Shown here: one piece after another, positions 1 to 17,677 of the stretch
How the letters are laid out: the number at the start of each line of letters is the position of its first letter
How positions within the stretch are numbered: the first letter of the stretch is position 1
Assembly: GCF_009914755.1 (NCBI RefSeq)
Contig: NC_060935.1
Source: the human T2T-CHM13v2.0 reference genome, Homo sapiens
Strand: one strand, 5' to 3'
Length of the DNA: 64,000 nt
Made by a program: the position numbers and the translations under genes
Notes under the pieces: generated by a model
What the model was told of the DNA's origin: nothing
The model's input: the letters and a program-made list of their open reading frames with translations, nothing else
The model's database searches: none

Positions 1-552
1 CCGCCTCTCGGCCCCTCCACCCACCCAGGCTTCCTGATCCTTCCTCAAGGTGCAGCTTCTCCTAGAGGCTTGCTGGGTCTCTGTCTGCTCTGTCTTCAGC
101 ATGCCCTGCCTGGATGCTGCCCCACTGTGACCCTCCATAATGGGCTCTGCACAGATGGGGACCAGGTGGATCCTAGGTCAGACTTCCCACCACACAGAGG
201 CCCCCTGGGGAGGGAGAATTAGCACAGCAGGTGATGGAGTAGCACTCGAGGTCAGTGTGACCCGGCCAGGGCTCTCCTTTCCTCTTTTGGAGGATCATGG
301 TGGTAAATGAGGCAATGTGCAGAAAGCAGTGGGCAGGGCCCAGCACATCCTAAGTCCTCAGTGTGTGTTCCCAGCTGTGCTGTTACTCACCAATTCAGAA
401 CCACTCACAGGAAGAAGCAAAGGCCTGCCTGATGCTGCTTTTTGCTGTGTTTAACACTTTCTTAAAACTGGCAGTCAAAACGAATGCTCAGATTCAGCAC
501 TTTCTAAGTCTTAAACCACACACATCTCAGAAATTTCAAAAGATGAAGGAAT

Positions 553-916
<364 letters not shown>

Positions 917-1177
917 TCAAGCATTCATCTGGCATGCCTGAGCAGAAAAGGGAACCCTGGAAGCTGCAGCTCGGCTCCACTCGGCAGCAGGAACGAGCCA
1001 CACCTCAGCGCACCCAGCCTACCAGGTCACCAGGAACAAAAATAAGCCCCAGTGTGAGCCAAATGGCAGGTGGTGACTGGGCTGGTCAGAGGACCCACCA
1101 TTCTGCCTCGGCTCAGAGAAGGAGAGGCAAATCAACCCTGGCCCATCATATCACATCCTCGGTCCCCACTGCCCACT

Positions 1178-1540
<363 letters not shown>

Positions 1541-2088
1541 TCACACTCCCATATTCATAACAGAATAATAGCTCAGTGGCCGCGACACAGGTCAGGGACT
1601 GGCATGGGCAGTGCTGCTGTGCACACTACAGCTGTGACCGGCATCCCAGAGCCTGGACGCTCTCGTCCCTGACACACAGTCCCTGCTAGGTGTGCGAGTC
1701 ACACAGACTCTCAGGCCAGAGAGCATGAAGTGAGCTTCCTTTCTACTGCAGCAGGTGGGTCTGCCGCCGCTCTGCCCAGCTGCTGACAGGCCCTGCTTTC
1801 CTCAGGTCAGACACGCTGCTGTGAAACAGCTTGTCTTTATGGTTTCAGAGGGGCCAGCTCTGGGAGGGACTATTTCCTAAGGAGCCCAAGGACATCACTC
1901 CCCAGGCTGGGGCCTTACCTATGCTGAGGCTGGCGGCTCCCGGGCCGTGCTTTCGTCTGATCTGTGGTCACACATACACTTGTTTAAGATGAATGATCTC
2001 CATTAAGCACCTACTATCTACATGCACATTAGCAGCTACACGTAGATTCACCACCCACAGTAACACTGGGGAGGTGGCCACAGGATAG

Positions 2089-2680
<592 letters not shown>

Positions 2681-2796
2681 GCATTTCTCTTTTTCTAATA
2701 GGACAGGAAAGGTTTTAGGCTTTTGAGCAAGGTTGCTCCCTGCCCCTTAGCTGATTCAGCAGCTCAGTAACCAAAATAAAAACATTAGCAAGTGCT

Positions 2797-3185
2797 GGCT
2801 GGGCGCGGTGACTCACAACTGTAATCCCAGCACTTTGGGAGGGCGAAGTGGGTGGATCATGAGGTCAGGAGTTCAAGACTAGCCTGGCCAACATAGTGAA
2901 ACCCCCGTCTCTACTAAAATACAAAAAAAAATTAGCCGGGCATGGTGGTGCATGCCTGTAGTCCCAGCTACTCAGGAGGCTGAGGCAGGAGAATCACTTG
3001 AACTCGGGAGGCAGAGGGTGCAGTGACCGGAGATTGCGCTACTGCACTCCAGCTGTGGAAAGAAGAGCTTTTGTTCGCTGAGAGCTGCTCACACTCCTAT
3101 ATCCATAACTGAATAATAGCTCAGCGGCCACGACACAGGGCAGGGACTGGCATGGGCGACAGAGTGAGACTCTGTCTCAAAAACA
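2797..3185 (+). mobile_element. AluS interrupted by a 107-bp templated insertion at 3051-3157
   Basis: Alu body; TSD TTAGCAAGTGC on both sides. Confidence 0.9.
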
Positions 3186-4939
3186 GAAACACACAAATTT
3201 AGCAAGTGCAAAAGTCAGGCAGGCTAGCAAGCCCTTAAGTCTAAGCCAAGCTCCCTGAGACCCAATTCTGCATCTGAACTTTGGACTTCTTGGGGGTTTT
3301 CCATCTGTATCTCCACCCACCACACAGCCAGCCCAGACAAGCCTTGGGGAAGGACAGAAAGGGAGGCATTCACCCCACTGCTAGGCTCAGTTCCAGCCCT
3401 AGGGGCACTGGAGGGGAACTCTCAGAATGGCTGCAGGGGTGTGTCTCAAGAACGCCTGGGGCTGCAACCCCCACCTGAGCATGCTAGCAGGTGGCTGTGT
3501 GGCGACACTGAGGTGGTACAAGATGGAGGAACTGCCTCCCTTGCTCCTAAAACCATTTGGATTTGGAAGTTAATCCATGAACGTCAAATGGCCATGATGT
3601 GTGGGCACAGGACGTTTTGTCAGCAGGCTCACCATTCGCCGCAGCTGCTTCTTCGCAATCAGCTGACTGCAAAGGCCAAATGAGGCTGCCTGGGGGATGC
3701 GGATGCGTGTCCACAGCACGCTGAAGGCACCCCCACAACCACAGCAGCCGTTAAGATGAAAAACACTGCAGTTCAAAGGCAGGCTGACTTTAACCCAGGA
3801 GGTGTGTTTTGGTTTTTTGTTTTTAAAGAAAATAAATATCTTAGTATCATTTGCGCAAGAGAACAAAGAAGCTATGTGGGTTTTCTTAAAAGCACCAAAG
3901 AAGGTTCATATCAGGAAGTCTCAAAAATACCACACCAACTACCACAACCAAGCTAGCTAGCGCTAAGGCTGGCAAAAGGCACCAGGCACATGGGCTAGGT
4001 GCTCTGGCAGGACTTCTTACAACACGGACTGTTTTCTCTTTGCAAGTTGGTTCCTGGGGGAGCATCTGTAAGCTCCATCCGCATGGGGGCTCTTCACACC
4101 ACTTGTCATTAGGAAACAGGATTTTAAAAAGGTTTTGCATTTTGACTTTGTATTAAGCTCCTGTTTTAATTAAAATTACAGTTGTTCTATTTAAATATTT
4201 AGATCTGCATTCTAATCGAATAGTCAAAGAGCATTCTTGACCTGGGAGCAGGTGGAAGTCCATCTTTAAGAAGCCTGACTGTGGGTGTGTCAGACGGGAC
4301 AGGGGTTCTACAGCAGAAGGATAGGACTGACAGTGTGTGTCTGCTCACATGCCAACTGCAAACAGAAGCCAGCAACAGACTGCCAGGGTGTTCTGGATGG
4401 ATTTTCTCACCGCACAGACCCACTAGACAGGGGGCTCTACAGGATGACCTCCCCCTGACCTGTGGGCCACAGCTCTGGGGCAGGGGGTCCTGGCTCAGGC
4501 CATGTGGACCGACCTGGGCTCAGGGTCAGGACTGGGCCTGTTAGGGCATCTGCCCAGCCCCATGGGGACCGAGGCAGACAGTGGCGTATCTCCCCATCAG
4601 TGTAAATTCTGTGCTGTTTGTGAGCTCTGCAGCCTTTCGATGAAGCATTTACTGAATACAGGTCAGTATATGTGATGAAGTCATGTGTGTTCATGATGCC
4701 AAGTGGCCGCAGCAAAATGCAAATAAGCAGCGGCCTATGTAGTTGGGGTCCAAGACCAAGCTCATGGGACAGCACAATGGCAAAGTGCCCCAAACCAACA
4801 GTCACAACCAAAGCAGACCCTCCACACCGGCAGGGCAGCTGACCACACTTAGCACTCTCAGAGCCAGAATTGCCATTTAGCTCGAGGCGCTGTCCGGAAG
4901 GGTCTGGTGTGGGTGGGCAGACAGAGGAGGGGCAGTTCA

Positions 4940-5077
<138 letters not shown>

Positions 5078-5236
5078 CTAGGAAAAGAAACAGATGGGAC
5101 CTGAAGCTGCGGCAAGATGAAGGCGGCATGTGGCGAGCAGCTGTGAGCTGTGTTCCTCGTTCACGGGAGGGGGTGCCCCAAGACCAGGAAAGAGATGGAA
5201 GCAGCAGCTCCAGGAGCCCCAGAAACCCGAGCCTGA

Positions 5237-6135
<899 letters not shown>

Positions 6136-6156
6136 CGCTTATGGGTGTTATTTCTA

Positions 6157-6552
<396 letters not shown>

Positions 6553-6588
6553 TCAGACCTGAAAACACACCATAGAAATTCCCCATGT

Positions 6589-6942
<354 letters not shown>

Positions 6943-7083
6943 CTATCCTGAATTAATTCTGCACAACGTACGACAGTGTCCCCAGCCCTTCCTCGACAGT
7001 CCAGGACACATGGTGGCCAAGATGCGAGGCTAGGCATAGAACATGGGCATGCTCAAAAACCCCAAAGAAATGGCACCACCTTA

Positions 7084-7188
<105 letters not shown>

Positions 7189-7635
7189 TTAGAAAAATCA
7201 GTTTAACAGCATTTAGGCAACTTTTCCATCCTGAAATATCTGTTACAACTTTCTACTGCTGTGATTTTATTTTTGGTAAAAATCTGAAAGACCAGAATTA
7301 CACAAGTGGTCAGAAAGAAAGGAAAAGATATTTCTTTGACAGAAACATGTTCTTGCTTTAGGTTTACAGATGCTCATTTGGTGGAAAGTACAAGTCAGAA
7401 GGACGTGCACTGCAGTGACTAGGAGGACGAGGCCTCTGTCCACTCTGCTGAGCCGTCAGCCATTTCAGGAGTGGCCCCGAGCCTGTTATACCCACTAGCA
7501 TGGAGGTGCTTCCACCCATGTGCTGGTCTCCATTAGAGACATCGGGAGGCTGGTGCACCTATCACCACTGCACAAGGTGCCCACTGTGCAGGGGAGGCTG
7601 CTCCACCAACCTCCAGGAAGGGGCTGGGGACTCAC

Positions 7636-7739
7636 ATTCAAGAACTTCTCATATTGAAGCGCTGACTCCATGGTGTTGCTGGAGTAGTCCAGGGTGTCCT
7701 TCCACGAGTGCATGAGGAAGGCCAGCCGCAACTGCCGTG
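7636..7739 (-). CDS. CARS1: CARS1 exon 14 (104 nt; ARQLRLAF...YEKFLN)
   Basis: cccacag| acceptor, |gtgagt donor. Confidence 0.97.
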
Positions 7740-7847
7740 CTGTGGGGGGACACAAGACAGCCAACGCCCTTATTCTCCCGAGTGCTACAGCCATTACACA
7801 TGTATGAGAAGGTGGTTGGGGGGTCTGTGGGAGAAGCCAGTGTATAC

Positions 7848-7977
7848 CTGAGTGCTTTTTCAAGGCATCTTTAATGGTGATGAAGTTTTTTAGTGACTTT
7901 GACATTTTGCAGCCTGCAATGGTCAGGTGGCCTGTGTGCAGGAAGTACCTGACCCAGCAGTCGTTTTCAAAGTAGGC
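7848..7977 (-). CDS. CARS1: CARS1 exon 13 (130 nt; AYFENDCW...KMSKSLKNF...KKHS)
   Basis: Class I KMSKS motif; acgcag| acceptor, CAG|gtatac donor. Confidence 0.98.
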
Positions 7978-8366
7978 CTGCGTGGAAAGAGACAAAGGAT
8001 GTCAACAGTCATGTGTTACTGGGGCCGCCTCCTGCCACCTGCACTGTCTGCTGCCTTGTTGGTGCTGTCCACAGGCAGGAGCTGTGTTTTCCAGGTGGTG
8101 CAGGCAGGGCTTGGAAGGACAGCCCAGGTTAATAAGCCAGCAGGTAACACAACTGGTTCAAATCCAGGCTAGTCTGTTGCCAAAGGCCAGGCTGTCAATG
8201 CGGAAACCACACTAAATGATCAGGGTTCAGATTCCACCCACAAGCCCCGATGAAGGTGTCAAGTTCTAGTGAGAGAGGCCCTTCTGAGGCCTGGGCTGAC
8301 TTTTCCTCCACTGCAGTATGAACACTGTGCTCTTGCACCTGACAAGGGGACTCTGTTTTCACCTAC

Positions 8367-8495
8367 CTCCGACTGTGCCAGCTCATTGTCATGGTGGGGG
8401 AACCGGAGGTCGAACCCACCTCCGTGAATGTCCATCGAAGCCCCTAGGAGGGTGCCTGCCATGGCCGAGCACTCGATATGCCAGCCCGGACGACC
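8367..8495 (-). CDS. CARS1: CARS1 exon 12 (129 nt; [12 protein letters not shown]...[12 protein letters not shown])
   Basis: CysRS signature [12 protein letters not shown] and FPHHxNE zinc ligands; ctccag| acceptor, |gtaggt donor. Confidence 0.98.
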
Positions 8496-8641
8496 CTGGA
8501 GAAAGCCGAACACACAGTGACTGACCAGCCTACCCGCTTGTCCAGGCCTTTATCACTTATCACTCCAAGTTGATGGCCCTTACATCCTCTGAACTTTATT
8601 GGAACAAGCGTTAAATCCCGCACATGAAAAGACTAAGGGAA

Positions 8642-8949
8642 GGCTGGGCGAGATGGCTCACACCTGTAATCCCAGCACTTTGCGATGCCGAGGCAGACGG
8701 ATCACCAGGTCAGGAGTTCAAGACCAGCCTGGCCAACATGGTGAAACCCCGTCTCTACTAAAAATACAAAAAAATACAAAAATTAGCTGAGCATGGTGAC
8801 GTATGCCTGTAATCCCAGCTACTCAGGAGGCTGAGGCAGGAGAATTGCTTGAACCGGGACTAGGAGGCAGAGGTTGCAGTGAGCTGAGATCGCGCCACTG
8901 CACTCCAGCCTGGTGACAGAGTGACACTCTGTCTCAAAAAAAAAAAAAA
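8642..8949 (+). mobile_element. AluS
   Basis: Alu body; TSD AAAGACTAAGG. Confidence 0.9.
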
Positions 8950-9447
8950 GACTAAGGATAGCCTTCTTTGGTGAAGTTCATAAACCGGTCCTATGTGGGC
9001 CGAGGTTTAGGTGAAGTTACTGAATTACATCCAGACCTCTGAGCCCTTGACAGCTGCAGATGGTCACGCCCCTTCCTAGGGTACCCTGCAGTCAACAACT
9101 CCTGTCACCGGGAAGATCAGAACGCATCCTACACCCTGGGGCCTGGAATACTCAGAGTCACAGAACACAAGAACCAAGAAGCCTCCATGGACATCTACTC
9201 TGATCACATCTCCACTTACAGACCAGAAAACAGAAATCCCAGGAGGGAAGTGATTTGTCCAGAGACTCAGGGAGTCTCCATGATGTCCAGGTCCCCGGGG
9301 CCAGGCAGCCTGTGCTGCACCAGCACCAGGCTCTGGCCCAGTGACAACATCCTTCACACACAGAGCGGCCCTCTGCTGGGGGCCTGAGAGTGTGGCTGGC
9401 GCCAGTGCCCCTGTCCAAGCCCCACACCTTCTAGGCCACTCGCTCAC

Positions 9448-9560
9448 CTTTCCCCAAGGGCACGGCCAGGACGGTTCTCCGGGCTTAGAGGCCTTCCATA
9501 AGGCAAAGTCGTTGGGAGAGCGCTTCTCACTCAGGCGGTCTGCAGAGATGCTCAGGTCAC
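9448..9560 (-). CDS. CARS1: CARS1 exon 11 (113 nt; DLSISADR...DFALWK...PWGK)
   Basis: tttgcag| acceptor, |gtgagc donor; DFALWK motif. Confidence 0.97.
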
Positions 9561-11266
9561 CTGCAAACACGAGGGACGCCAGGCAAGGTCACTCAGCAGC
9601 ACCCACAGACCCACATGTCTCACTTCAAGGCCATCCACGGTGCCTAATGGGCAGTCCTTCTGACTAACTTCTGTTTATTAACTTGGCTCAAGCATTTCTT
9701 CAAGTTAACTATGTATTACCAGATTCTGGTGTTGACCCAGTGTCTAGATTTACAAAACGGTACATAATCCCCAAAGTCACCAGCTTATATACCTGGCTGA
9801 CTTGAGGCCACATCTGGGGTCTCCGTAAGACATTCACCTTCCTGCTGCCTTCTCACAGCATTAGCCCACCAGTGTCTAGGACAAGTGATAAGAACCCTGG
9901 GCTAAAGCTAGGAGGTGACATAGTGGTGCAGCCACTGGGGCATGGCTCAGGGATCCTGCCTGGTTCATGCGGGTGGGGTCAATATGTCAAGGGCCCGCAC
10001 AACTATCTGCTTATGGGTCCCGGGGGATACAAGGATGCAGCTAAGCTGCTGTGTACTACTGCAGGGAACCTGGTGGCAGTGCAGTGGTGAAGGGGACATT
10101 TGCTGTTCCTGTGTATTTATAAGGGGAAAATAGGTGAAGGAAACTAAAGAATAGTCCAGGAAGGCCATAAGAAAAGGGGAGTACTGCTCTTGGCACAAGT
10201 TCTATTTCCTGGACAAAGCCAATGATCACCTGGCCAACAAAAACAAGACTGTCTATGCCTTGCCAGAGGGATGAGAAATAACCCCTTGGTGAATTCCATG
10301 CATTGACTCGGTGACACTCAGCCACCTGACACTCAGGGTACAAGGCGGTCTGAGTCCCCAGAAAAGGAATGCACCATCACTGCAGATTTCTCTCAACAAT
10401 ACATGCAGGACCAATGGAAAAGATTAGCTGCTGTGAATAAAGAAACCTGTGAGCCAGTCCAAAGGTCACGCAGAGAATCACCCTTTGTTCGATGAATGGG
10501 CAGAGCAGAGGTCTTCACTCTAGGCATAAGGTTACCAGGACCCACGCCAGGTCTTGCCCGGCTGCTGCAGCCTTTCCTGGTCCCTGGTCTAAGGGCTGCC
10601 TTAGGTGCTGTCACCCCCTTGTGGAGGAAGAACAGACTCCATCTAGGGTTCTAACTCAGGTGACCCTGAAGAAGCTGCAGTGAGATCTTTCCAGGTGACA
10701 AATCCACTTTTCAGGAGCCTAATCAGGCAACAGACCTAAGCTGCCCTGAGAAACAGAGTCCAGAGGAAAAGCACCGCTAAATATATTTTTCTAAACACCA
10801 AGTTCATGATTATAAAATATGTACTAAATGTAGAATATTTGAAAGATAAAAAAAGAAAACTAGGAAAAAAATTGCCATTATCTTTTAACCTAGGAATTAC
10901 TACTGTTACCATTTTGGTATACTGATTCCCAGATTAAAAAACAAACACACAAAAACACAAAAAACCTCTGCAAGCAAAATCCAGATCTATCCACCAACAC
11001 GGAAGGCCGCTGTCCTGGCTTCCTTCTACCTCCGCACTGTTCTGCCACTGACAATTCCGCAAAAGCACAATGTGATATGGCCCATGACATTCGCTTTTAG
11101 ATGCTCTTTGATAGAAAATATACATTCACGTTTTCAACTTTTCATTATTATGAACTTACTCATGAAAGTTTATATCTGATTTTTTAAAAATACGCTTTGA
11201 AAAAATTGATAACAGAGAACACAGGACCCTCCCCACAAACACCCTATCCTTCAGCAAACATCACAC

Positions 11267-11795
11267 TGCAACTGCCCTCATAGGGTTAATGAGAATTCCA
11301 AGGCAGGCTATAGGCAGAATGATGAGGCCGGTCACTGGCCAGGTGCAGTGCACGTCCATCCGCTTCCCTGCAGCTCTAACTGAGAGTCACATAGCACGCT
11401 GACCACCTGCTCCACCACTGTTCCTAGCGATAGAATCTCTAACCCTGGACCTTTTTACCAAGAACTGCTTAAGGTATTTTTTGGATCCTGAATTCCAGCA
11501 GGACAGCTGTTGCCAACTGGTCTGAAGACCTGCACCAAGGAACTGACTCGTCGCAGAAATGTGGTTTACCTCCCTGTCCCATGACTTCGCCCCTCACTTC
11601 CCCAGCAACCGGCAATCCCCATCACCTGTCCAGAGCAATTAAAAACCCCTCCCCAGATCTCAGGGAGGCGGATCTGAGGTTTCCTCCCATCTCCATTTGT
11701 CCACCATACAATTACTACGCTTCTTCTACGGCAACCCCTGGTATCCCGGTATACTGACTCGCTGTGCATTGGGCAACAGACCTATTATGGTTACA
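11267..11795 (+). mobile_element. Solo ERV1-class (MER4-group-like) LTR, 529 bp
   Basis: TGCAAC...GTTACA termini with 4-bp TSD ACAC; subfamily uncertain. Confidence 0.75.
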
Positions 11796-12609
11796 ACACA
11801 ATGTCTTTCAAGTTTTCCTTCTTGGTTTCATTTCCTGTCTCTCTCCCCAGAGGCAGAGTGAGTGTTTCTAGCTTTGACCCTACAAGCATGTTCATACCAG
11901 CACAACAGGGTCCTGTTCTCTCCCACTGGGGGAGCTTCCTCCCTGCACTAGGCCTTCCTGCCACGTGCCTTCCCGAGTGGTCTGCATGGCCCATCTGCCT
12001 CTGGTGGGTCATCTTACTTGGCGGAGTGAGGAGCTGTCATCATCTAGGACCACTTGGGCCCCAGCATCACCCCTCCCCTTTTCCTCTACCATTAGAGTCC
12101 CCATGGCGAGGAGCACATGACTGCACAGAGCTAAGGCTACACTCCTTATGACTCCCCATGGTGGGGGGAGGTTGCGGGGGTGGTCATGTGCCCACGTCTG
12201 ATCACTGACTGTGGAGGGGTGGAAATCCATGTCCCTCTTTGGTCCTGCATATTGGCTGTTAGATTCTACTCCTGTTTCCTGGAACTTAAACCAATGCTGA
12301 AGTCATTCTGGAAGAAAATGGGCCCAAGAATAAATGGTATTTAAGAAAAAGACCCTAGATGGGGCCAGATAGCAAAATTCATCATAAAGTGGTGAGTCAG
12401 TGTGCTCTAGCTGCCTCCAGAACATTCCTTCACCACGTGACCTGAGGGCACTGCTCCACTTACCACTCCCACCTTTCCCATGTGCTGCCAGTTCCCTCCC
12501 GGCATCTAAGTGTCAAATGCAGTGCGAGTTGTTCACGGCTTCCTCTAAGGACTTTAAGAAATGCTCTACTATATCCATAGTTACATTCCATTTTTGTCTT
12601 GTTATTCAA

Positions 12610-14748
<2,139 letters not shown>

Positions 14749-15235
14749 TTTATTTTAGGTTCTGATATTTCTTTAGAATAGAGCCTAAAATTAGATAAAA
14801 GTATGAACATTTTTATGGCCAAATTGTCTTCCAGAAACACTAGGACAGGCGGGGTGGGGGTGCAGAACGTGCCCTGGCACATTGCGGGAATCCCCACTCT
14901 GCAGGGAGGCTTCCAACCTTGCCTCTTGTGGATGTGTCCCCAGATTCACTTAAGGGATAAACATGAAGAAAACACCAACGAAAGGGTTCCCAATATAATT
15001 CTGCCTGGTCTAGAAAAAGTCTGATATCTGTGTTTGAAGCATTTGGATCCAGATGGGCGCACAGGCTGTTGTCAAATATGCATCACTCGGCACACATCCC
15101 AGCACCCCACAATCCCCCTAAACCTCACATGCTCAGCCAGCAAACACCAGCCCTGTGAATCCAGGCCCCAGGGGCCACTATGTTTCTCAAGACAGCACTG
15201 CGTTTACTGTCTTTTGTTTCTTAAAAAATAACACA

Positions 15236-15710
15236 CCATAAAAAAATGACATCTTGTCTTTTACAGCAACATGGATGGAACTGGAAGACATTCTGTTAAG
15301 TGAAATAAACCAGGCAGAGAAAGACAAATATCACATGTCCTCTCTCTTATGTGGGAGCTAAAAAACGGTGGACCTCAAGGAGGTGCAGCATAGAACAGTG
15401 GTCACCAGAAGCTGAGAAGGGTCAGGTCAGGGGCAGTGAGTGGAGAGAGGTTGGTTTCTAGGCACAAACACACAGACAGAAAGAATAGGTTCTTGTGGTC
15501 ACTAGCACAGTAGGGTGACTATAGTTACCAAAACATTTGTTGTATATTTCAACATAGCCAGAAGATCTGGAACATTCCCAATGCAAAGAAAAGGTAAACG
15601 TCTAAGGTGACGAGCATCCTAACTACCCCAATCATCACACACGGTGTGCATGTATTAAGACATCACATGTTCCCCATAAATTGCATAATTATTATATATC
15701 CATTAAAAAA
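15236..15710 (+). mobile_element. L1 3' end (L1MA-like)
   Basis: gcaacatggatggaactggaagacatt...cacatgttccccataaa, typical L1 3' UTR. Confidence 0.8.
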
Positions 15711-15761
15711 ACACATGTCATGGTCTTAGAGCTGCACAATGTTGAGTGCAGAAAACTCCTA

Positions 15762-16076
<315 letters not shown>

Positions 16077-16671
16077 TCAGCAGGATGACAGTAACAAAAT
16101 AAAGCAGGGCTATAAAAGTGCGAAATCTGTGGCCTGTCTACTCTCTGTGGTGGCCACTGAAAACCGTATCAGCTGTTTGGACTGAGTGGGACACCAGGGC
16201 CCATCCCGCTGCGGAGGCAGCCTGCCTGCCCTGGGCAGCTCGTCCCTCTGCCTGGCGTCCTGTGACCCATGCAGCTCCCACCCTGCCTTGCTCAGGGCTG
16301 CTGCCGTCCTCATTCTTGTGTGGCCTCACCTTTCCCTGAATGTCCACACTCTACCCATTAGCTTAGCTGAGGCTCTTGGCCTCCAAGAAGCACTCTAGAT
16401 TACTCCAGTCTGGAATGACCTGTCCTCTCTGAGCTTCGGCTTGCCCATGCCTCTCGGCTTGGCACAGGCTCTTATGCTGCCCCACAGTAGTTTGTGTGAA
16501 GTGGGGAGAGAAGCAGCGCTACTGCTTAAGAGTCTGCCCCGTTCCTGGCACTGTCACAACCTCTTGTTTCTCTTTCATCCAGCCTGTGTGGTTCCTGTGG
16601 GAGGGAAGCAATCTGAGGCTGGACACAGTGGGTCTCTGGGAGCAGGCGCACGGTACAGTGCTGAGCACTAC

Positions 16672-17677
16672 TGTGGGCGGCAAGCCACCCAGGTGCCGAG
16701 GCAAGAGACCGAGGGCACGAGCTGTTCCAGTATAATAAAATATAAAATAAGAATAGTTATACCAGATATAGATCTTAGATATGATTATATATGAATATCA
16801 TTAATCATTAGTTTGTAGCAATTACTCTTTATTCCAATATTATAATAATCCTCGCTCTATAATCATAATCTAGGAAAAACCAGGCCATACAGAGATAGCA
16901 GCTGAGGGGACATAGTGAGGAGTGACCAGAAGACAAGAGTGTGAACCTCCTGTTATGCCCGGACACGGCCACCAGAAGGGTTCCTTGGTCTAGTGGTAAC
17001 GCCAGCGTCTGGGAGGATGCCCGTTGCCAAGCGGACTGTGGTCTAGCGGTAGCGTAAGTGTCAAGGAAAAACACCCGCTACTTAGCAGACCGGGAAAGGG
17101 AGTCTCCCTTGCCCCGCGGGAGTCTGGAGAAGACTCTGCTCCTCCACCTCTTGTGGAGGGCCTGACATGAGTCAGGCTCGCCCGCAGTTATCCGGAGGCC
17201 TAACCGTCTCCCTGTGATGCTGTGCTTCAGCGGTCACGCTCCTAGTCCTCCTTCATGTTCCATCCTGTACACCTGGCTCTACCTTCTAGATAGCAGTAGC
17301 AAATTAGTGAAAGTACTAAAAGTCTCTGATATGCAGAAATAATGGCGTAAGCTGCCTCTCTCTGTCTCCTCTCTCTCTCTGCCTTGGCTGCCAGGCAGGG
17401 AAGGGCCCCCTGTCCAGTGGACACGTGACCCACGTGGCCTTACCTATCATTGGAGATGGCTCACTCTCCTTAACCTACCCCTTTGTCTTGTATCCAATAA
17501 ATATCAGTGCAGCCTGGCATTCGGGGCCACTACCGGTCTCCGCGTCTTGGTGGTAGTGGTCCCCCGGGCCCAGCTGTCTTCTCTTTTATCTCTTTGTCTT
17601 GTGTCTTTATTTCTACAATCTCTCATCTCCACACATGGGGAGAAAAACCCACCGACCCTGTGGGGCTGGTCCCTACA
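16672..17677 (+). mobile_element. Solo LTR, LTR13-like (ERVK class), 1006 bp
   Basis: TG...CA termini, perfect 6-bp TSD CACTAC (16666-16671, 17678-17683), AATAAA at 17496; family from recall of the consensus. Confidence 0.88.

Noticed and set aside
4560-4760. TGATGA box-C-like words suggesting an intronic snoRNA
   Set aside because: They lie on the strand opposite to CARS1 and lack a matching box D with a terminal stem
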